A stretch of DNA of 64,000 bases from Marsupella aquatica (lineage: Eukaryota > Plantae > Marchantiophyta): positions 17,490,770-17,554,769 of the forward strand of contig OZ316893.1 in the NCBI GenBank assembly GCA_973895155.1, read 5' to 3'. The position numbers and the translations under genes are program-made. The notes under the pieces are model-generated. The model had not been told where the DNA came from. It saw nothing but the letters and a program-made list of their open reading frames with translations, and searched no databases. Below, piece after piece: positions 12,261 through 23,900 of the stretch; positions within the stretch are counted from its first letter, which is position 1; every line of letters begins with the position of its first letter.

Positions 12261-12539
12261 TATACTAAGGTGTTCCTAGGGTGCCTTCCTGCTTTACCCA
12301 CTTAACCGGCCGAGTGATTCCTGTCTAGGCATCACAGCCTGTGCAGACAGTGAGGACCGTTGAGTAGAGGTCATGTTGGAGAGCAAGTGCGGCTTTGTAT
12401 GGGAGGGGCCGCTGGCGGTGCAAGGGGCACTAGGGTGCTTGCTCAAGGTATTCCGTGGAGGCGTTCGGGCACCAGGGGTACTTAGGCGTGAGTGCTGGGA
12501 TTGGTGAGGGCGCTGGGTGGCTAGGTCCACCACTGACAC

Positions 12540-12793
12540 CTATCTTTGGTGTGTCTAGGAGCTCCACAATGATCACATTGTTGCTGATCAGGTGCTGAGG
12601 CCCCTCCTAGCCCTCTATGACCAGGGAAATATTGCTACGCATGATCCCCACCAAAGGTCCAACATCCTAACTGCTGTCTAGCATAGGAAGGCACAAGTCT
12701 CTGATTTGTAGAATCCCATGTAGTGGGTTTCTCCCTTTGGCTCTTACGTGCAGTAGGTTGTGATGTGGGTGTAGATGCAGCCTTTGGTGCCTC
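12540..12793 (-). pseudogene. Family F gag nucleocapsid segment with CCHC zinc knuckle
   Basis: My translation gives ...GCWTFGGDH...QQQCDHCGAPRHTKDRC. It continues across H into 6314-6345. Confidence 0.75.
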
Positions 12794-15103
12794 CGTCACG
12801 CCGTAAGCTTCGTCCTTACATGGATTTTGGCTTAGACGGGCATAATCTTCATTAGCTTTGAGGGATCAGGCAAGGAGGGATGTGCAAACTGAACCTTACT
12901 CCCGTAATCTAGTGCTAAGTGCACCTAGTCCTACTTACAGAAATGTCATGGGTATAGTTTGTGTTCCGCCACCAGAACGTACCTTAAGTCAATAGCTGGA
13001 TTGACCCCAGCTTAAGGGCTTCTAAGCCTTTGTGCTGTCCACCTCCAATCCGGATCCGATGATACGAGTATCCAACCCGGGCTCACAACCACTATCCATA
13101 GCCGACACCCCGTGCACGGCTCGTATAATGTGTTTGGCCAAGCATTCTCTACCCATATACGAGATTCATACATGCAACTGAACTCACAAGCATTCAATCT
13201 CGGTTTACACAAAGGAAATGGTGGGAAAAGACTTTACTTCAGAACCCGTCATACACATACACATAGTTGACTCGACATCTCTTGAGTGAACAGGCCCAAC
13301 GGCAGAGAGGCGTACACTACAACGGAGCCCGGCTCTGCACTCGCCCAACGAGCTTAGTTGTACCCTCCCTCCTTGGTGCTCTTTTACTCACAAAGACCGG
13401 AACTCCCCGCACATACTATGGATGCCCGGTTTTGAAACTAAAACCCCTTGCCTCTACCGGGGGGTGCACTAAATACTAAGAGCCGGGGCTCGGAGCGGCC
13501 ACGTGCTTGAATCTATGTTATCCAAGATTCTAAACTTTGCTAACTATTAGGCCGTAAAATGGCGTGTCTTACTCTAACATTCTAACTACAAAGGTTGGTC
13601 GGATAGGACAGCGCTGCTAACTAGTTTTGGCGCTTGTCCTTATTGTCTAACTACCCTACTCCTAACTCTATCCTAAACCTACTTCGCTGCTAATGTCTGG
13701 CACGCTTGCTAGACCTGCCTGAGTTGGATTTGGAGCGACCATCCCATTGTCTCCTGAGCCGGTCGGCGTCCTGCTTGAGCAACTGGACCTGGTCCAGCAA
13801 AGATTCGTTCTCTCACTTCACCGCATCCGTCTCCTCCGTGGCTTCTTGGCATGCCTCTTCCAATTGTTGGGCGTCGCTCGTAAGCTTGTCCACCAATTGG
13901 GCCTGCTTTGTGGCTTCTCCTTGAAGCCGTGGCACTTCTGCCTTTGGGGCGCCTATCTCGGTTGCGTCTCGCTAGGCCCGGGCGTCGGCCTCCTCCACAT
14001 CTTTTTTCAGATGGCGGCTTGTCCCTTCATACCGTCAATTTGGGTTTGGGGCCGTGCAATCTCGACATCCTTCCCAGCTCTGGCCTGTTCTGCCAAGGCT
14101 GCCCGGGCCCTAGCTTTGACCACCTAATCTTCTGTGGCCGCTAACTGAGGTCAAAGCAGTTGAAGTTTGGTCTCCTGGGCTAAAACTTTATCTTTCAGGT
14201 GGGTAGACTCAACCCGATACCGCTCTATCCTCTGCATGGCCTCAGCCTGTGCAAACCCTACTTGCACGGCTGCAACCAATTCCTGGTTGAAGAAGTAGGC
14301 CACATTCCATGCCATGAACTCCCCAGTATCTTGCGCAATTTGTTGGGAGAAGTCACCCAGCGACCCATTCAAAACCGTGCACGGTGCAAAGAGTTTTGGG
14401 TACTCCAGATTATGCCCACTTGGGTTCGGGCAAGGGCAGACCCAAGCTCGCGCGGGAGTTAGAGTGGTGACATCCAGCCCTTAAAATATGACGGCAGAGA
14501 GGGCTGGGTTTGCACGGGATGAGCGGTTCTCCTGGATAGTTGTGGAGGGTACCGAGGTGTCCTTTGTAACCAAAGTCTCGGGCCCGGGGCCGGCTTCTGC
14601 TAGCCCGGCTTTGATGGTCGCGCTAACCTGGTTGATCAAATCCAGGGTCGCGATATCCGCATCGTCCGGTACAGACAGAGGGGCGGCAGCAGCTGGTTGT
14701 GGGGCCGGGGTAGTCGTGGGCCTCATAGCCGCTGGACTTCTGGCCTTGGGTTGGGGTCGCCTTTCCCGGGCCTGGAATACCCACCGTGATGGGGTTAGCT
14801 CGGGCTCGTTGAGCCGAGGGAGGCTTTGGCAGTCAAAACGGGCATACCACTTGATGATTATTTCAATGTGGCTTGTGAGGTATGCCTTTCCGCCGAGGTA
14901 CAAGATCTTTCTTCGTTGCTCCATCTCCTCGTGGAACTTCTTGGCAAAGAACGAAGCCCACTTCCTAGGCCGGTAGCTCTCGACCTGGATTACTTGGGCG
15001 GCGGATATCTCGCCCCTTGGCTCCATCATGTGGAGGGCGTACCTCTAGAACTCCAGCTGCTCCGCTATCTCCAAGATAAGGCATGTCCTCATCAAGAATC
15101 CGC

Positions 15104-16501
15104 TATCGTGGAGAGTTTTTGTTTAGTAAGTTCCTCCTAAGTATAGCTTAGTAGTATAGGATAGTAGTTTGAATTCTCGCATTATATGCAGTCTATAGTG
15201 TGCATGCTACCGTGCACGACTTACAGTGTGCATGCTACAGTGTACGATCTATAGTGTGCATGCTACAGTGTACGGTCTACAGAGTGCATGCTATAGTACA
15301 CGATCTACAGTATGCATGCTACAATGTACAATCTACAGTGTGCATGCTACAGTGTACTGCCTACAGTTGCTCCACTCACGTAACTACTAGCACACTTACT
15401 TGCCTTGGATATGTGACACATGGCTTCCATCCGTGTGCCATGCTTGATCCGTGTGCTTGAGGTGTGAGCACTATAAATAAAGAGGAGAGGGGCTTTCTCC
15501 CCTCACTCCCCATCTTTCATCAACTAAGTTGTGAAGTCTTAAAAATCCATTGGACTTGATGACCTCCTCTATGAATATAATCCTTATGAAGTAGACCCAC
15601 TCATACACGCTTGCTTAGAGCTTTGGCTCGGCCAGAGATATTTTGTATGAGTTGGACCTTCAAAAAGTGTTATCATTTGATAGGAGATGGTTATTAAGTC
15701 CTAAAGAGTTGCAAAGTGCTCAGCAATACCTTAACATCATATGCTACTTTTGGATGAAACCCTTATGAAGTAGACCCACGCATGCACGCTGGCTTGGAGC
15801 TTAGCTCAGTCAATGGTAATTTGTATGCGTTGGACCTTCAAATAGTATTTTCATTCAAAAGAAGATAAACTTATTAAGATAAACATCTGCATGTATATAC
15901 TTAGAGTTAACTCAATGCATAGTATTTATTTGAATGAATAATCTTGTTCGTTGAATGATTCTAGATCTTGTCATTAGAATGAATATTAGTTGGATGGAAT
16001 ATTTGATAGTACAATAATGCCTAGACTAGTACCTGGTCTTCCTCTCCCTAATCCTTTCCTTATTAGAATTCATGTACTCCAAAAAGAGATAATGCGTCAG
16101 CATATGACTTTTCACTTTGGAGAAACATTTGCAACTGCAGTGTTAAATTCAATAGAGCCACTTGTATACCCTTATGTAGTTTACGGGGAGGATTGGGCTT
16201 GCACAATTTTTATCTTGTATTGAGATGAATCTCAACAAACCTCCCTCCGATGAATCTTCCATTTCTTTCTCGTTGGGAGATATTTGTTTTGTGACTCGAC
16301 CCAAGGTAGCTACCGAGGAGGCAATAGTCCGTAGGTATGGAAAAAAGGGTTATGTTGTTGTGCTTTCATCCACAGAACCATTCTTTGTGGTGTCTGCTAC
16401 CTAGTCTAGAATAGTAATCATGATTTTAACTTAAGTTCTCTCTTGACACTAGCAGCCATAGGTCCGGTGCTTCCTCAAGGACCACATTTTCCCCCCAGAC
16501 A
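15104..16501 (+). mobile_element. Family E solo-LTR-like insertion (~1.4 kb)
   Basis: Interrupts the B ORF at the DNGF motif. Flanked by CCGC(T)/CCGT(T). Ends ...CAGACA. CTATAAATA at ~15471. Internal duplication 15581-15700 vs 15760-15880. Confidence 0.7.
15197..15365 (+). repeat. 28-bp tandem repeat x6 (AGTGTGCATGCTACAGTGTACGATCTAC)
   Basis: Read directly. Each unit is two related 14-mers. Lies upstream of the TATA box. Confidence 0.9.
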
Positions 16502-18191
16502 CCGTTGTCTACTGCTCCTTCGGCCGAGAAGCTAGAGGACTGATACTTGGCTTCCTTGCCCCCGGGAACCCGTGATTCCACCCGATTTACTCCTTTGGGT
16601 AGGCCGAAGATCATCTTGAGCCGTGCCTCGCTGAGGGACATTACTCTTCCATGCGCACAGGTTTGTTGGTGGGCCTCCTCAAAGTTCTGGATGAACTCCG
16701 ACATCTCCTACCCATAGTACCTGCTAGCATTCCAAGGGAGAGAGGCAAGGTGCTCAAACCCTTGGGTCTTTAGGTAGCATGCATGCTTGGGGTGGAGAAT
16801 GTTCTTGTGGACATTCTCCCCCATGCAATGCATGGTCAGCTTGGCCACCGCAACTGTGGCCAAAGGCAGCCCAGATACAACCGCGGGTTCATTTCTCTTC
16901 CTACCCTGAGACTGGTTTCCGGGGTGACTTGTAGAATGGGACATCTCCCCGTCCTCTCTATCGGGCGGCGGCAGCGCTACCGCCGTAAGTACTGGTGCTA
17001 GGGCTGCCACTATCACCATGTCATCTACCAGAGCCGTCACTCGAGCCTGGGCTTGTGCGGGTGGTGACATGTTGCCTGGCTCGTGTGTGCTTGCCCCTCA
17101 AGGTCGCCAATGTAGGGGAGGATGAGCCTCTTTGTCCTCGAAATTGATGTTCACCGCGTTCACCACGAATCATGCCCAAAGGGGTGGTGCAACCGGTGGT
17201 GGAGATTGGCTTGGCTGAGGCCGAGGTGGTGTTGGTGAGGGCACCGATGAGTCGGCAATGGTTGTAGCTGGAGGAGGCGCCATAAGATTTAGCAAGTCTG
17301 AGGTGAAGCCGAGTGAGGTCAGGAAGGATGTCTCACCCGTATCTGCGTTACCAAACTGATAGTCTATGGAAGCTTGAACTTTGGCGGGGATATGGTCAAA
17401 GTGGTGCCGCTGCAAGTCTATCATGCCTGGGAGTGTGAAGACCTTGTCCGGAAGCCGAGGAGCGCTTCTTGGAATCCGACGTACTTTGGACCATCAAAGA
17501 AGTATTTCTAGATCTTGTTGGCTTGACAAAGCTCGCTTTGGAACGGGAGGTTGAAATTGCCGTTATAGTGAGAGCGCTCGGCTAGGTGGATGAGTCGTTT
17601 GTACTGCCTTTCGGTTTTGTACTGGCGCGGGTTGACTTTGGCCAAAGACTTTGCTAAATGATTTGCGATTGATAGAAATTGAAGCCAAAATCAAAGGGCC
17701 AAACTGGACATATATAATCATGACAGACATACAAGAAACGGCGGTGGATGACTAAGGAGCAAATGAGCAAGCTGGGATCAAAGCTAGCGCAAGGAGTGAA
17801 GTGTTGATGCTTTGCAAGAGAATGGCCCGCCTTTTATACCCCGAGGGCTTGTCGGATGAACGGCCCCTTCCTCTTTCCAATAGGCCAATCCTTTCACGCT
17901 TGTAGTGTACTGGCCACTCCGCAGGTCCGGGTTAGAGTGTGTCAGCGAGCCGCCCCCTTGAGTTGTTATACGGACCCAAGGGGGCATCCCTACACGCTTG
18001 TAACCTAGTGGTACAAATGGCGCTCCGCCGCCAGCCCAAGCGTAAATGCTCCTTTAATGATGTCCTAGTTGTGATTACTACCTACTTTAGTATCGTTATG
18101 CTAATAACTACGGACTACTATGTCCATAGCACGCGTGCTAAGCACGGAGTAGACCGGATCACTCATTAACCGCCGTGCTGGCGGCGTCACA

Positions 18192-19169
18192 CCTTCCTTG
18201 GCAAATCCGGAAGTCACCACTTTCTCATTTACCATATTGAGCTCAATGCGCTCAGAAAGTGTAAAAACAACTGCCAATGTGGGATTTGCATCTCTAAGTA
18301 GAGTGACATCTCTCACTCTATGTTTTTGACCAGAATTGCATACCAAAACTAGACTGCTTGAGCCTCTGTCACTCCCTTGGTGACAGTGATCAATCTGCGC
18401 ATACAAGTGTATGCCTCACATAGACTCTCTCCAGTCTTGCGCTGAAACTCTTGGAGACCTTCAACTTATCAGTCCTCACACCTTGATAGTTATGCTTCAA
18501 TACCTCAAAGAACTCCACCACAGGCTTAAATGCTGGCGTAGCTCCAGCCCCTGCCACAATTGCACCGGTAGGAGTAGCGGTGGATGCTGTTAGAGTGGTA
18601 CTAGTGGATGGTGTGCCACTCTGGCTAATGCTGCTAAAAGAAGCAGCAGCTGTGGCAATGGGTTGGCCCGTGGGTTGGGCAGCCACACTAGTGCCATAGG
18701 TGATGGACACATATTAATTAGGCGACCAATGCTGCCTCCATGCCTCAATCTCAACCAAATGAGCCTTCCAAAACTCATGGTAATCATCCATGGGTGGCCC
18801 CTCCAAATGCTGAAATAATCCATTCCATGCCATGAAAGGGATAAACAACATGACATTGCCCAATGTCTGCATATTGCACCACGTATCAAACTCATGGATG
18901 AAGTCATCCAGATCAATCATGCCAACTACACCAGAGTATTGCCATGGGCCCTTCGTAGCCCCATACATCTCTTCCATATCCCACAACAAAGGTGCAATCA
19001 TCTGATGATGAGGAGAATTGGTCATAGAGTCCTCGTCAAAATCACTATCTGAAGCTACACTGCTAACTGCTACCAATGTCCTTGGCCAAAATTGCACCCC
19101 ACTCCGAGTGAGACTGGTTTGCTGTCCATTGGGTAGCCCCGTAGCACCAGAAGAATCCGTGATGACCAA
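18192..19169 (-). pseudogene. Family F gag N-terminal/capsid region
   Basis: ORFs 18714-19169 (LDDFIHEFDTWC...LFQHLEGPPMDDYHEF) and 18390-18710 are in frame across one stop. They lead through the insertions to the zinc knuckle and protease. Confidence 0.65.
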
Positions 19170-19259
19170 TCACTCAAACCGTTGCCATGAATCTAATCTA
19201 TGTGCTAACCCTAACGGGGAAATCTGTCCTTGCTAGCACCGCAAGCACTCACCATGGTG

Positions 19260-20933
19260 TGTTGGGCATCACTCCAACATCACCATGGGAGAAATACACA
19301 GCACAACTAGAGTGTTCGGTTGCAAACCCAAATCACTCATATGGAATCAAGCGCCCACACAATACTAACATGGCGCATAGGCAGGAAGCGTGTGTGGAGA
19401 GGGTCCAACAACAAAAGTGGATAAATAGCAACTCTCCACATCAAAAGTGATCACAAACCAATCACACAATGTTCATAATGTTCAATGTAGGGCCTTCATA
19501 ATAGGCCTCAAGGATCCAATGTCAAATACCCAAGAATCCATCGCAAACAAGTTCAAATGGAGTATTTAGATAGATTCAGAAGTGCATAAAACCCTTAGGG
19601 ACTCATTCCTTGGACATCAAATGTGGAAGGAAGCATGTACAATGCACCACATAAGAACTAGCTAGTTAAGCGCATGAGGGGAGGAATAGCTTTGGGGTGG
19701 ATGACCTCTCACTTGTCATTATGCACCAGATTCGGCACTCAAAATTGCAACACTTGCAAATTCTCCTCACATACCAGCCCGCCCGCTCTTCTTGCTCCGC
19801 CCTCACGCCCCTCATCCCGAGTAACCACAAGTTGCCTCGAAGCCTCAAAATGCCGAGATGAGCCCTCATCCCGAGTAACCATGAGTTGCCTTGAAGCCTC
19901 AAAATGCCAAGATGAGCCAAAGGATGAGCCCGCTATGCCAAGACTCGGTTCAGATTCTACAACATCCGGGAGCACTTCTTTCACATAAAATGCAGGGTTT
20001 GGTGCGTCCTCACTACGCCCACGGGTGATGTAATCTAGTCAAGATCAGTAACCACAAACGATCGCAACTCAGCAGCAAATCAATTGATTCATCAACATTT
20101 GCAACTGCTTCCTCCACAAAAATGGCAGATCTGCATCTACGACTGTATGGGCGTCATTGATCAAAAAATGGCAACTTTCAAACTCAATTTCCTTCACAAA
20201 ATAGCCAGTCGGCACACCGAGTACTGATCCGACTCGTTCCTTCACAAAATTGCACACTGTCCAAGCGCAAATCAGTAGCAATTGAAGGCAGGGTGCAGAT
20301 CAAACACCGCCACACCCGATCTCAGCCAATCGATCGGCAAGCAAGCAACACAAACGATCTGCACACAAACTTTTGACAGATCTGATACCACACTTCAATG
20401 TGACCCAAATCTGATTAGAGCCGCATAAAGGCTACAAATATGTCAAACCTCCAACTCTAGATCCGCTCAAGATCAAACTCACACGATCTTAACTTGGATC
20501 CACATACCAGTGATCCACTCAAGCAATACAATGCGCGATCCAAGATACCACAAACCGTCGCCAAACACAATCAAACTGAAAAATTGAAGCTCTGTCCAAC
20601 AACAGCAGAGTTCAAGCTCAAATCTTTTGATGTAATTTCAATAGAATTGAACCACAATCGGCGGAAAAATGTACTCAATCCCGTCCGATCCGATCACACA
20701 CATATGTCGAGCCAACGCACCTTGCACTCAAGGAATCCACCCTACATAGAGAGAGCTCTCAGCCACCATAGCTACCACCCGAGCTCTCCTCTCCAAGGCT
20801 CAACATCGAAAGATAACCTTTTGATGCCTCACAAGAGAGAACTACCCTCTCACACAAACCTAACAGAACCTTATCAGCTCACATAGCACACATACTAAAC
20901 ATACGGATCTAGATAGTACAATACACTCTAACA
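19260..20933 (-). mobile_element. Probable 5' LTR of family F (~1.67 kb)
   Basis: TGTT...AACA termini, immediately upstream of the gag start. Contains a ~54-bp tandem duplication at 19809-19920. PBS not confidently assigned. Confidence 0.5.
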
Positions 20934-20939
20934 CTACAA

Positions 20940-23900
20940 TGGTGTGACAGAACACTTCAGTTGGACTAACTCCCAATGCCAATGTATCTGTTGCTAAAAA
21001 TAATGGGGTGCGCACAATGTTAGTGGCCGCCCCCAGCAAGGTGCTTGCTAGCCCTGTTGCAACATCATCCGATTCTACCGACTTATCAATGTGGTGCGTC
21101 CCATGGCTCCCCAAACCCAAGAAAACCCCCTTGCTCAAGCCGATTACCACAGGTTTTGTTCTCGGCGAGGCCGTTTCCGCGGCTTAGCAGCATGGGATGC
21201 TGCTAACTCTCTTTCTACTACTATTAACATTTTACACACATATATTGGACAGATCCTTCATCGGGTCATGAGATACTTAGCCGACCTATTCTAGGCCTTC
21301 CCTTGTATTCCTCTCTTGGTCTTCCATTAGGTATGTTTGGATTCCGCCACCGAAATGATCCCCAATTGGCTTGGTTAAGCCGCTAAGACCTCTCTCAGCT
21401 CGACACATCCAACTCTCACTCCCTTGCTACTTCCCTTCATTGATGTGGGCACTCTTCACACAAGTTAATGCGACACACAAATAGCAAAATGACTCCTTCT
21501 GACTGAGTTATACCATGCACTTGCCATACAAACAGTACATCTCATACACAAGCTCTGCGAACTAAGCCGTGAGGCCAACTCTATTCAGTTCTTAGGCATG
21601 AGGAAACATGAATATACACAAGGGTCACTGTATAACTAACCAAGAGCTTCTCTTACTACTTGATCCCAGCCCTGCTGGTGCAACTAAAAACTTGCTAAAG
21701 AAGAGGCCCTTGACTCCCCGCTGCCCAGGTATTTATCCTGGTTGGGGATCCGCCTGATTCCTTGTAGCGTAAGCCTAATCCACTTACTGTAATCTACCTA
21801 ACTGTACAGCGAGGCAGGAGCACAAGTGTTGCTCCTACCAGTGGATCCGCCATCCCACTAATCTAAGTGTCAGGGCCGTCTCCTGGTCTTGATCCTAATC
21901 CTAAACTTGGAGATCTGAGCCCGCCCTGCCCACTCACGCCTCCTACCTCCACGTCCGCCCTTCCTAAAAGGAACGGCGCCCCTGCACCGTCACGACACCG
22001 GTGGTGGATCCTCAATGGACGCCCCCAACGCTTCCCCCATAGCCACTGCCGTCGGTCCGTCCTTTGACAGATTACCTGCCTCAGACCGAGTCAACTCTTC
22101 ATCGGCTTGACTAGGTCCACCCTCGGCTTCGGCTCCAGCATCGGTCACGGCCTTCGATACGGCTTCGGCCTCCTCGGCATGTTCTAGTGGAGGATCCGGT
22201 ACCTCGGCTTCATCAATAGCTGTCCCGGCCTCGGCCTTGCCATCCCCACCTTCTTCAACAGGTGGATCTATTGCCGTAATCATGCCGGAGGTTGGTGCCG
22301 GGTTGACCTCCTGGGTCACAATGGCTTGGTAAGCCGTATAACTCCCAGACCCATAAGGTTTCCGCTTCTTCTTCTTCTCGTTTCGGTAGCTGGTCCCTTC
22401 CCCTTGCTACCTACCTCCAGCACTGGGGCGTGTGTCTCGGCTTGTCTTTCGGCCAGTACCCCTCCTGGTAACGGAGTTCCCACAATTGGAGTTGGACTAG
22501 ATGAAGCTAAGCACTTAAATACTGCGGCCTGTTTCTTAAGCTGCTCTGTTTGGTTGTCGGCCCGCCGCTGTAAGTTCTCCATCTTCCTGGTGGTTTCCTC
22601 CAACTCCTCCTGGGCTTCCTCCAGGTCCTTCCATCCCTCTTGCAGCTCCTTTCTGGCTTATTCCAATTCCAATTTTAAGGTAGCCCTCTCCTCCTGGGTT
22701 GCTCTTAGCTCCGCTACGACCTCAGACTCCATCTTATTCATCTTGGCATAAGTCTGGTCGAGCTGGTCGTCCTTCTCACGCAGGTCGGCCTTGAAGCTGG
22801 CCGTCAGGGACGCAAGCTCCTGCTGTAGCGTAATAATCCCTTGATAGGATTTCCCTAACTCGGCCTCCTTCTGCTCAAGGGCTCCACGGATATCCTTGAG
22901 CTCTCCTTTCAACGCCCTCTCCCTTCTCTGAGTCTCCACCATGGCCCGGTTGTTGGCGGTTATGTGGGCCTCCTCTATGTCCCTCAGCTCTTGCTTCCAC
23001 TTTTCCCTGTCCTTGACCGCGCTGGCCAACTCTCCTTGGGTCCAAGTCAGTTTATCCTTGATAATCTGATTGCCAGACTGAGCGGCATCCAATTGTCCTT
23101 GCATGATGTTTAGCTCATGCCGCTTAATCCGCAGCTCATCTTGGGCTTTCTTAGCCGCCTGCAGGTCTTCCACCTCGGCTTCCATCTCCCTAAGCTGCCG
23201 GATGACCTCGTCCTTCTTGCTTCTCTCCAAAGCCATCGCTTCTTCTAATCGGTGCTTCTCCAACATCTCCCTCTGGAAAAAAGGTCCCTGCTCCAACTCC
23301 TCCCCAAAGATGCTGAGCGCCAGGTCCCCACACATCTCCACGTACTCCATGGCTCTATCTTTAGCATAGGTGGAGTAAGTAGAAGTCATCTGCATCAACC
23401 ACCTCGGCCTCTATTCCCAAGCCGCCTTGCGGATTTCTTCTACGATGGCAAGAGGGTTGCTTCTTTTTTTGGCAAGCCGCCTGATGTCCTCCGGCCAATC
23501 TCCTCCTGGTAAATCTTTCTCCCTAGCCAGGGCTGCTTTCTCTTCCTCCCTAAGTCGCTCCTGAAATTCTTGTGCCATCTGCTTTATGCCGTCAAAGCTC
23601 AGGGGAGCAACCTCTGGTGGGGGAGACTCGGGGCTACTCTGCTGGGTGGGGTCCCCTCGAACTACTCTTGGAAGCATGGGGATAAATCGGCCACAGGTCC
23701 TTACTCCTGGAACATGATGATCCGACCCATAGCCAGAGTTATCATTGCCGGGATCATTGCTGTAGTCCTCCACCTCCTCCTCCACTGCTTGGACTCCCGG
23801 CTTCCCCCTCTGTTCCCCTGGTCCTACCATGAAAACGGCCTCACAGATCACAGGCTCTTGTTCCTCCTCTGGTTTCCAGGTTGTCCTCTCCCTCTGCTTT

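Larger units (their letters stand above)
7630..12336 (-). mobile_element. Family A giant solo-LTR-like unit (4707 bp), copy 1
   Basis: Termini TGTGGTGC...GCATCACA (7/8 inverted match). Exact TSD GCCTG at 7625-7629 and 12337-12341. Confidence 0.95.
6351..12534. mobile_element. Family H insertion (~1.47 kb net of nested A copy) with AAT/AGT...ACT termini
   Basis: TSD GACAC at 6346-6350 and 12535-12539. Imperfect 14-bp terminal inverted repeat AATCGTGGAACTTG vs AGTGGTGGACCTAG. Flanks rejoin as in the uninterrupted homologue at 26260-26300. Confidence 0.7.
12794..18191 (-). mobile_element. Family B unit, copy 2 (decayed, contains insertion E)
   Basis: Termini CGTCACG...GCGTCACA. Collinear with 2315-6308. 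TSD is degenerate (GCCTC/CCTTC), but the flanks rejoin the F gag frame (...AKEAPKAAS...). Confidence 0.85.

Noticed and set aside
8364-12279. Numerous plus-strand ORFs over family A (and antisense ORFs over B and D)
   Set aside because: These are shadow frames of GC-rich coding sequence (Ser/Leu/Phe-rich), with no independent motifs.
20378-20390. tRNA-Met PBS (TCTGATACCA)
   Set aside because: Only ~10 nt match and it is not adjacent to an LTR end.
19254-20946. ATGGTG(TG) direct repeat as a TSD of the 1.7-kb LTR-like segment
   Set aside because: The two flanks are non-contiguous parts of family F, so the match is probably chance.
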